Virus record (IMG/VR): IMGVR_UViG_3300021963_005763
Location: 1 to 64,000 of that record
Source of the DNA: a virus
DNA: 64,000 bases
Reading direction: 5' to 3' (one strand)
The notes below the pieces were generated by a model. The model was not told the origin of the DNA, did not search any database, and worked only from the letters and a program-made list of their open reading frames with translations. Shown in pieces: positions 20,134 through 32,100 of the stretch (the stretch's first letter is position 1; every line of letters begins with the position of its first letter). Position numbers and translations under genes: made by a program.

Positions 20134-23100
20134 TACAATAACTCTCTAAAATCTCCACCTAATGGTAAGTTACCACCACCGGTGCTTCCCCCACTTGTAG
20201 GCGCTATATCTGAATACACATAACAATCAAATACACCCTGTGAAACAACTGCTCCACCTGATGTTTTAGCGATTTGAATAGTCAAATTAAATCTGCCAAA
20301 TGCGCTGGCAGTATCGGCTAATGCTCTAGCATACCATCCCAAATTACCAAATACTGCTGATGTTTCAGCAGTATTTACTGTAACCCAATTTCCTGTAATA
20401 GCGCCTGAGGCAAAATCTGCGTAGGTTAAGGTATTAGCAAAACCTGGGCCAGTAAATTCTACTGTGCCTTGCCATTCATTTACAGGCTCAACAATACCTC
20501 TTACATAATATGTAGACAAGGAAGTATTGACTGCCCATGTCTGAGAAGTAGGTTTATTAGATAAAGCTTCTGCTTGATCGTATATATAAAAATCAAATGT
20601 ACCTGTATTGTTTATCCTAATATTGGAATAGGCTGTATTTCCATTTACTGTATAACCATAGACAGGCACATTACCATAGACCTGATTTAATTGATCTAGT
20701 ATATAAATTGTAGCACTGTTAACTGTCTTACCAGGCAATGTAATCCAAACTACTTCAGTACTTTCTAGTCCAGTCGTAGCAGCATCGCTAGAAACATTGA
20801 AGGAAATGTCTGCGTATTGACCACCTGGGTTAACTGTACCGCCATCAACCATTACAAATGTTCCTGTATATGTTGTAGTGTTTAAATCGCTTACTGCAAC
20901 AGTACCGGTAATAACAAATGGAATCACTGTGCCCGCATTTACATAGGTAGTTGTTAACCTAAATGTAGCAGTTGATCCTTCATAAACTGAAGGAGTGAGA
21001 GAAGTTAGTTGATAAGTGCTTGGTTGGGTTAAAGAAGTATCTAGAATAGAAATGCTAGTAACCGTAGTAGTAATTGTTGTACTATACGAGTTAACATTTG
21101 TTACAGTGCTAATGTCTAATCCGAACGACATTATTTCTGTACCTTCGGTTAGGAAATCTTCAGTAAACTGTACATCAAAGCTAATCGGTAAATCATCTTC
21201 GCTATAGAATGTAATCCAATCTGATACAAGAGTATTGGCGGTTATGTCACCGGATGTGATGTTTATACCAGACCCAGTAACTCTTGCTCTAATACCATCA
21301 CTGGCAAAATCTAGATTTGATCCAGCTACGGTAAATTTAACAACTTCTCCCTCTTTGGCAGATGTTACAACTGCTCCATCAACGTTCCTAGCAGTAAGTG
21401 ACCATGTGCTCATACCTAATGGACGGTTTCTCAGTTTCATTGACTTGTTAGCAATGATCTTAGTGCTTGTACTCGAAGCTGTAGTAATCCACGAAACAAC
21501 ATTTACATAATACGTTTCTGTATTAAGTCCACCATTGGTTAATGTATTAACAGCATTAATTGTAGAACTAGTAAGGAAAGTAATTGGCAAGCTAGTAGCA
21601 TTGGTAGTAATTACTCCTGTTAAGCCTCCAACAAAATCTGCAGCAACTATATTGGTTCCTGTAATATAATACCAGTATGTTCTGCCTTGTCCAAAATCTA
21701 CATCATTTCCACTTATGGTCCAGGTAGCTGTATATCCTTCCATCATGCTAGGAGCACTTGAACTGAGGTAATAATCAGAAAATATACAATTGCCAACATA
21801 GGTGTTGTAATTGCCAATTAATCTGTTTTGTGGCTCAATTGTTTCTAATAAACTGTATGTTCTCAACCTAGATGTAGTAGAACCAGCTGTAGTTAAAACC
21901 TGTAATGTGCCTGTTGAAAGAGCTATAAAAGTTTTGCTACTAGTGATTGTTGATATTGATTTTATCCCATCAAATCCAGTGGCTGCTATTCCAGTAATCT
22001 CTATCACATCACCTGCTCTCAAAGCGCCATTAAAGGGAGTCATAGTTTCAAAGGTTATAGCCGAACCTGCCAGAGTAGATGTACTAGACGCAAATTTAAT
22101 CAAATAAGTAGCAGTACTGATTTGTATACTATTATTAGCAGCATTAACAGACACAACAACTGTGTCAGTCCTTACTTTACGATACGGTGTGTTTAGGAAA
22201 TTTAAAGTTTGGCCAGGAACGATACCTGTTGTAGTATTAAGGAATAATACTATAGAACTACTAGATGCAGTCGAAACAACTCTAGCTCTAGAATAATAAC
22301 TTGTAAAATCATTCCAACCACCGCCATTATCATAGACAGTACCAGTTGACAAGATAGGAGTTGTATAATCAAAAGCCAATCCAGTTAGCTGTCTGCCAGG
22401 AAACTCTAATCCTGTCATTAAAATAGGCAAATAATCACCGGGCATAGTAGATGAAGGTGTATAATAATTGTCTACTCTGTCTATGGCATTATAAAGATTG
22501 ATATTTTTAGTATAGTTAATTTTAAGAACTTTTCCAGCGGCTGGCAAATAATTTTTGAATATGAATTTAGAATGATCCTTATTATACCCGTTTTCATCTT
22601 TGCTAAAACTTATAATGTCATAATCAGAACTTAAAACTAACTTTCTATCTAACGTAGCAACAATATTAAATTTATTTGTATCAGCCTGATACGGTAATTC
22701 ATAATCAAAATTTAATCCGTTAGTTGTAGTAGTGTAGGATACTGTAGTTGCCCCGACTTCACCTGTCCTAGAATACCTATCAAATTTCAAACCAATAACA
22801 TTTTTACGTGTTGTGGTATTTGTTAGAATAACAGACGCAGTTGCTCCAGATCCATTACCTCCGCTAAATGTCACGTAGGTTAATCTATCGTATCCCAATC
22901 CTTCTCTGGTTACAACAATTTTGTAAACTTTACCATTTCTAATATATGCTTGTGCTAAGGCAGGGATTGAGGGATTACTATAAGAATTTATTGTAACTGA
23001 CGGGGCACTAGTATATCCGCTACCGCCATTTGCTATGATAATTTCTTTGACTCCGTAACTATAATTATCTGTCCAATCCTTCCAAGGATAGGTTAGCAAA

Positions 23101-26100
23101 ATACTGGAATTAGTAGAATCAGTTACAACTTTTTGTGTAGTAGTGAATGTACCTAATGTTGAATTATAATATGAAGGTAAATCAAAATCTGTAGTGTGCA
23201 TACGAGCATTTTCTAAATATTCATATGCGCTGACAAAGTTTCGTACCTTAGTCCTATAAGGCTTAATTTCTTTTATGTAATCTTCAATATACTTACTGCT
23301 ATCTAATGTATAAGAACTGCTGGTATTGAGATAGGAAATACTATTTTTAACTGTTATAAAACTAGTCTTAAACGCCCAATCTAATAATTTTTGTTCTGTA
23401 AGAGCATACTTTACTCCCTTAAAGAACATTAGGTTCCAATAAACTTTAAAATCATCTACAAAAATATCTTCTTTTAAAGCAATAATAATATTGGCTAATT
23501 CTCTATCCGGTAATTGATCAAACAACGTCTCATCTATACTGAGTTTGTCATAAGCATAGTCAGATGTAGAAATATTCCATAAATTATCATTAAATTGAAT
23601 AGTTCCATTCTGTAAATAAACAATTTTATAATCCTGAGAAAAATCTCCATTTAATGATTTTTCTAGTACAATAAAATTGCCATTTCCAGAATTTAAAATC
23701 TTAATATAATCACCTATATCTGTATCAACCAATGTGTCTAACTGAAAAACATCATTTATTGTATACCTAAATCCCTTATATGTGTCATAGTCCGATGCAC
23801 GATAATCTACATAATTCCAATATAGAGTTGTATTATATAACTGTGTTCTAGATTTGATCCAAATTCTTAAAGCATAATCAAATTTATAAAAACTCCATCT
23901 ATCATTACTATTCGAATCTACTGCTACAACAGCAACATGTTCCCTTACGGTTAAGACAGGATTAGAAACAAAATTACTACCTGAGTTTGTTATCATAGCA
24001 GAAATAACTTTACCCTGACTGTCTATCTCTGTTTTGATTTCTGCACCACTTAAATTATTAGCTATGGTCACCTTAGGGGCATATCCATAACCATACCCCT
24101 GGTTGATAACATCTACTCTAATAATTTTACCATTATACACACTACATGATAATTGCGCACGTAAGAATGTTTCTGTGCTTACATCTACTAATTGATCAAA
24201 TTCGTCAACTAATAAGTCATAGTCACCAGAATCTTCTGCTGGAATAGGTTCAAAACTATTAAGTTTGGCTAGATTTCTATTTCCAACAATAATGTTGTTA
24301 GCTAGTATATCGTTAGCATACCCTAGACAATTTCTCAAAGCTTGAAATCTATCTTTAAATATTGTCTGCTGTGGTCTAATTCCTAATCCATACTTTTGTC
24401 TGAAACTTAAAGACATATCGGGTACTGGATTTCCAATAGAATCTCTGCCAATCAGACTGTCTACAAATTTCTTATCTAGTAAGGACACAGGCATTGAAGC
24501 ACTATCACCCTCAGTCATTATAACCCATTCTGTATGTCGGGGAATTGAACTTTTTACACTATCGAAAGTAATATTAGCGCTGATATTTTTAGCAATTAAA
24601 TTGCCTTGAATATTTCCAAATGCTAAAGAATTTGTAGACAAAATATTGGCATATTTTAATCCATAGCCTAAAGGATCAGCAATGACCCTAGAAACTTCAT
24701 ACGCTGTAATCTTTCTTGATTTTACATTAGGTGCAGTAACCTTATTTTTGACCCAATAAAAATAAACATTCTCAAAGGATCCGGTCACAGTGTTAAGAAT
24801 TTGTTTTACACTCACTACACTATTGTCTGGATACTTAGGCTGACCACTTATACCTCTAGATAGTCCCCCTGGAGTATCAGCTGCCACTGCCCATTCGCTC
24901 GGTAGTAAATCAGATTTGACCCATTCATAGATATCTATACTGGCCCCGGGAAACAATTTGCCCCAATTATTTTTCCTAAAAATTTCATTACCTTGTTCAT
25001 ACCAAATATATTTGGCTGTGGATAAATCCCACCATAATTCTCCAACATGATCTTCAATCCAACTATTTTTAGAATCATTAATCGTGTTAGCAATGCCTAA
25101 AGAATAAATTGCAGGATCTGCTGATGTCTTGTATTTTAATTCTTGTTCAGCAATACCGGGTATTCTTCCTTTCAACGGATCAAATACATCTAGATAATCT
25201 AATAAAATTTCATTCTTAGTATCAATTAAACAAATTCTTCTCATCGTGTCAATATCTACAGTAGGTTCTTGTAAACGGAGAACATTCCATGTTTGACTTA
25301 GAGTATTTGAGACCTTAAATTGATAAAATCGTGAAATATCGTTAGAAGATGAAGAAGCAGAGTTTGACGGAGCGCCAACAAAAATGCTGCTATCGGTTAC
25401 TGCTACAGATTTGCCATATCTACCGTTGGCGTAGACATTATCCGGTAATAATTCATCTGCCTGAACAAAATATCCATCTAATTTAGTATATGTATAAGCA
25501 GCTCCTGAATCCTGGACACTATTAATAAATTTAGTTTCATTGTTATCAAATGTAGTTTCACCTAGTAGATCGATTTTGTTTTCGTAGAATTTAACATATT
25601 CAGATTTATTAGTACCCAGAGCAGTGATAACCAAGGTGTCTTCATCTGGACTTATGTCTATAGATTCACCAAATAGTAAATCAGAATTTTGAATTGGATT
25701 TTCTAAAATCTGACTGAGTTCATATCTACCAGAAGACTGTTCCGCATAGACAGCAACTTTACCATAGGTATTATAACTACTCAATGGCTTAGAAGATCCA
25801 ACAAAGATATATTTTCCTGACTTAGATACTGCTAGACTTTGTCCAAATTCATCATTGTATCCAAATGGTGAATCTAAAGTTTGCTTCCAATATAGGCCAC
25901 TATTAAATATTTGAACAATACCTTCTTGCCCGAAGTTGAAGTAAGATGGCGCACTAATTGCAATAGTAGAGCCCGCATCCGAACCAGCGATAGCCCAACC
26001 CCATTTACTACCTGCATTCAATGATACAGTTGCCGTGGTAATTAATTCTATAAATCCTACATATGCGGTAGCAGCACCAACAGTTGTCATACTAGTGCCT

Positions 26101-29100
26101 GTAAATGTAACTGTTGGAGCTGATGTATAACCAGTTCCTCTATTTGTTATAATAATACTTGTTCCAGTATTTCCTGTCTTGACTAATACTGCTGTAGCCG
26201 TAGTGCCTCCGGGCTGATTAGGATTAGAGAACGTAATAGATATCGAGCCAGTGCTAACAGGAGCAGTAGTTATTATAACATTTGCTACAGTATCGGTCCC
26301 AAAATTTGTTATAGAAGTTCCTGTGCCTGATATAGAATAAGCAAAAACAGTGCCAGTTCCTAGATATGAATCATTGCCAGGTGCTCCGACTAATAATGTA
26401 GTGGCCGAATTTAATCCTACCTTATTAATATACAGACTGTGCCCAAATCTAGAATTTTGATGAGTAGCAGTTGTAGCAGCAGTTTGAAATCCTGTAGTAG
26501 CAAAAGGTCTTGTAAAGGCAAATTTTGTTACTTCGGCTGTTCTATTCGAATTTTTTGTACTAACTTTTACTACACCTTCTCTGATATAACCACGAGATAC
26601 ATTTGTGCTACTGGTGATTGCTACTAGATAAGACGTCGATGTTGTTGCTCTAACATTTGTAGCACTAGGTGCTCCTGTAATGTAAAGATTTTTTTCAACA
26701 TCGTAAGCAAGACTATATCCAAAATCAGTCGTAGTATTTGTTTGACAAAATATTTGCCCGTTACTATTGAGTACATAATCAAAATTAGCTGTTAATCTTT
26801 CGTTAGACAGTTTCCTGTAGACGGCTACTTTACCAAAATTATATGAATTAACACTATGGTATGTTGGACTAGATACTAGCAGTGTATCGCCTGCAAATTT
26901 TAAACTAAAACCAAAACTTTGTCTTGCAGGAGATTGAGCTGTAGTGAACTCAGTGGCACTATTAAAATTTTTAATTTTTTCTAATACCGTCCATTTTTGA
27001 TCCTGATTTTTATCTACCCAAATTTTAGATCCATAACCATATCTAAATAAATCTGTTGATTTTGAGAAAGCAGCATAATCACTGAATCTTACTGGTTCAA
27101 ACTTAAACAGACTTCCATAATGAACAAGCGGCTCATTAACAATACCAGCCAATGTAGAATCTACTGTGAATTGATTAGATTTGTTGATAGTCTTAACAAT
27201 ATAAACGCCGTCTACTTGATAGTTAAATCTAACAACACTGATAATATCACCTGCTATTAAGCCATGATTAATATCAGTTACAAAAGTTATATCAATTCCT
27301 GGAGAATTTACATAAACACCCTTTATCTTTGCTCTTTGATTCGAATACCTATATACAGACCAATCACCGTTTTCTAAAAATCCTAACCATATTGTTGTAC
27401 CATCTTGAATAAGACTATTGTTAGCTATGTCTAGTAAACTATTTTTACTATAGGCAGTAGTAGTTACATCGTCTAATCTAACATATCCTGCGGTAGTTAA
27501 TTTAATATTGTTATCGTCAAAAGTTCCATTGACTGTTACAAAGGTGCTGGTTATCGAATAATTTGTAGGAGCAATTAATAAATCAGTCGACGAAGTGTAA
27601 TGTACAATACCAGATGTATTTTCGGTCAATTGGTCAGTAAGTGTAACCAGATATGGATTTTCTAAATATGAACCTTCTAATAACGGAAATTCAATTTCTT
27701 TGAAGCTGGATTCTGATCCATACGATCCTACTCTAAATGCCCATTCTTCTTTAATCTCTATACTACTATAATCTCGATTTTCACCAGCTTTGGCAATATT
27801 ATCTATGGCTTTCTTCGTACCTTTATCTCTTATATATCCTTGATAATATTTGTATTCAGCCTTGGCATTGGTTATTAATTTACTTAGATACAACCTAGGA
27901 GTATATCCAATGAGATGCTGAGCTAGGTCTTGTTGTTTAACATCAAAATTATCTATATCTAAACTATAAAAATCTTCAAATTGTTGTGCCTTGTAATCAA
28001 AATTAGGCAAAAGTTGGCTCACAGGTTTTCCGTCTAACAAGGTCCATTTAGTAAAATCAAACGTAACATCATACAATATTCTTTGATTAGCTGAATAATA
28101 AAGACTATTGAAAATCACTATTTGACTTGGATAGTACTCTTTGTAGGGCAACCAATTTGTTATTTTAATTTGATCATAGATAAACCCTGGACTTCTAATG
28201 TCTCCATTCCATCCCTTAGTTCTAAATCCAGATAATTTTATTCTCTTTTGTCTATAGCCTGTTGCTGCATCATAAATTGTATCATTAAAAACTGTAGTAT
28301 TGTTCAATACAAGTTCATGCTCTTTTTGTATTAAATTAATCTTGGCAAAAAATATCCCCTCTTCTGTGTTTTTTGTTTTAATTACACAGCTACCGTCTAA
28401 TCTTGAAATGTCGAAACCATCTCGCGGAAATAGTTGTCCGTCTGATTTTTGTAAAGAGTATTCATAATTATCAGCAAAAAGATTATCAACAATAGCGGTA
28501 GTATTATCAACTTTCAAATAATCCGCAAATGGTGACAGTGTGATTAAATTACCATCTGCCCAATTATGTACACCCCAAAATGCTAATTCTTTGCCGCTGA
28601 AATTCCAATCAATAACTTCATTGAGGTCAGGGTTGAAATAATCAAAAACAAAACCTTTTGTCTTTAAATATTCTCCATAGCCTAAAATTACATCATAAAC
28701 TTCTTGAATAGACCTAAATTCAGAATTATAATTTACTCTTGATTCTACAGATTCAAATTTCTTAGGTATAGCAATTCTCAATCCACCTTTGGTAGGTAAT
28801 TCAGGTAATCTAGCAAAGAATGTAGGGTTGAAGGTTGCCTGGGCAGCATGAGAGACCTTTACACGATAAAACTGATTACTATATAAAACAATTTGACCTT
28901 GTTTATAAAACTTATTGCTCGATCCTATTTCAATGTTAGACAATGTAGAAGAATCTAGATTTGGTTGCCATAATACATAATCTTCATCTTTGCCACCGAC
29001 TTTTAAAACTGTATCATTATTTGTATGAATTGCCTTTAGAATAGTAAAATAAGGTGCTTGTCTATCATATCCTCTAATTATGAATCTATCGCTAGTTTTC

Positions 29101-32100
29101 TGAACTATGACTCCAGATATAGAAATAGAAGAAATTGGATTACTGGAATTTAAAAATAATTCATAATCTTCAGGAGGTAACAATAAACCAGGGCTAGCTG
29201 ACTCAGGATCAACAGCATTAATTTTAACTTGTAATTTTTCTTTACTGGTAAATCCCCCTAATCTATGTACAAGATTAAAGGTCAGATATTTTAAATCCTG
29301 AGCTAGGTGTTCAGTATAATTTGAATTTTTACCAAGACCTCTTTCTAAAACTAGATTGATAAACCCTGCTGTAATTTCATTGTTATATCCATCTATCTTA
29401 ATTTTCCTTGGATCAACATGCTGCATGTCATCTTTATATACTAATCTATCAGCATGATTACGAATCATCCTAGAAGTATCTAAGAATCTACTACAATAGA
29501 TATTTGGATATAACAAAGCATTTACAATATTCACAGCAAATGGATAGAACGTGCTATTACGCCAAGTAACCTCTGCTGGTCCGAAATCTCCAAATTGCCA
29601 ATCTGCCTGGTAGTCGTTTACAGTTGAATGCGAAACTAAAAAGTCTAAAGGATTTCTAAGATTACCATTTGAATCTACAGGAATAATACTACTTAGACCA
29701 GGACGTCTATATCTAGTTAAACTATAATCAGAAGATAACTCACCCCTTCTATAACCTTCTTCTAGATCAGACCAAAGTAAAACATTAGTAGAGCTATATG
29801 GGGCAGACCCGTATAAATCATTCCACCATGTTGGTTCAACTGTATATCCTAACATTTCCCAAGGATGTGTATGAGGACGATCTGTATCATAAAAATATTT
29901 GAATATAGATCTCCATGAACCTGATAGAACTTTATTAGTTAGGGTATTGACAGAATTGATATAATTGTATGTTCTATAATTTGAAGAATTATATATGTTA
30001 TTTGTATTCCAATCTACATTGAAACTATTAGTCCAACTGGCAAATTCTTTTTCTAATAAATTATTATATTGACTTAATGTATGTTCTGTATAATGAAACG
30101 CTCCTGGTAAATTATAAATGGCCTCACCAGGGTATATAGTATTGTATTTGACCTTGATATTATTATAAATTCTTTTTTCTAATTCTAAAATAACATCATC
30201 TCTATAATCATTGAATGCCTTAATTAAACTTCCATCATGACACTGAATCATAGTTTGAGGTGTAGTAATATATCTATCATCCTCAAATATCTCAGGTACA
30301 AACTTAGCGTACATGCCAAGTTTCGTAGGTGTAGGAGGTACATAAGAACCTAAAGTATCAGTATAGATATGAAATTCTAAAGAATCATCTATAGATAGCC
30401 CTATGAGAAATTCTACAGATCCTTCTAGTTTGTTGAATATGTAATCTTTACCAAAGATTAATTGCTGTGAATTTTTATATACTAATACTGCTTGATGACT
30501 TAGGCTTTCTAGATCAAATTCTATATTAATTGGATAAGATGTAAAATAAGCAGAGTTTACAGTAACCTTCCTAATAGTTTTTGCTGTGCCATATGGCACC
30601 ATATCTGATCTATAAAAATTGCTTTCTAATCCCTTGGCTTGATTAATTTGAGTTAATACTGCGTCTACAATTTCTATAGGATCATTTTGATTTGGATATT
30701 CAGAAATTAATTTTAAGAAGGTAAATCGCCATTGCGAATATTGGTTAGCTACAAATCTAATAGAATCAATAAGACTATGATTTTTGTTACCTAAAAATAT
30801 CATAGGCAACGCAATTGGATCTTGGTTTTGAATAAGAACTGTGCCCTTTTTAGCGTAGGCTATACTGTCACGAATAGGATCGATACTTATTGTGCTCCAT
30901 AAGTTATCTTTCTCTAACATACTATCAAAATGATCGGATAACTGACTTAAAGTAAGAGTATCGAAAATATCATTTAGAGGATTATTTAATAAGTTTAATG
31001 GAATATCGTAATAGTAATTACTAACGGGCGTACTTGTTGTATTCCATTTTACAATAACTTGACTATTTTGATTGATAGATTCATTAAATTGTAAAACTAT
31101 ATTACTGCCAACAAAGGTAGCAGTAACAGAGGCTTTCATTCCATTTATCTTAGCATCAACTGTACCATAGGGAATATAAGGTAAGCTGAAAGCTTTGCTA
31201 ATTAAACTGCTTGTAGAAGTTGCCGTAACTAAAAAGTTTTCGACTACAGGTGGATAATATGAAAATCCAAAATTATATGTGTTTAGTAATTTGTAAAGAT
31301 CTGGGTTAACTAAATCCCATACTTTATAATATCCATTTGAAATAAAATTATTTTTAGTTACACCATTTTCAATACTAGTAAAATAATCAGAAGCCACATA
31401 GTTCTTAAATAGATAACCACCTATCCCTACAGATGTTGCGGATTTTTCTACAGGAAATCCTAAAATTGGATCTATTGCTCCCTGTCCAATAGAATAACCA
31501 AATATTTTACTTCCTTCAAAATTATTATCTAGAGATTCATCAGAAAAGCTAACACCATTTTTATCATATAAATCAAATAGAGGGGCTTCATTTCTTACTG
31601 TATGTTGCTGGCTTAATTTCCATTGTTTACTGCTATCTTTATAGTGAAAAGATTTACCTGCGTAGACATTTCCATAATTTATTGACACCGATGCTTGGTC
31701 TACCACACCTGAATCAGAAGCTTCAACCAGTGTAATTTGATTTGTAGTTGTATCAAACACAGTCTGATATATTTTATTCCTAGCATAAAGATCTTTAGCA
31801 TTGTTAAAGATTATTCTATATCCTTCTTCTAACAATATTCCATCTACGTAATATCCAACATTACCAGGTATTTCTATTAAAGGAAACTCAGTTACATCAT
31901 CAAGTAAGTCAACATTTTTAATACCAAATCTTCCAAAATTATACAAAGGAAGATAGGCATAAAACTCAATAATAGGCCTTTGTGCTCTAGAGGCATTACT
32001 AATATCTACATCAGTACCGTTTAAATTAGCTGTAGTTTTTATAACATCTACATGAAACCACCTATTATATCTAGACCAAGGATTAAGGTCACCACTCAAT

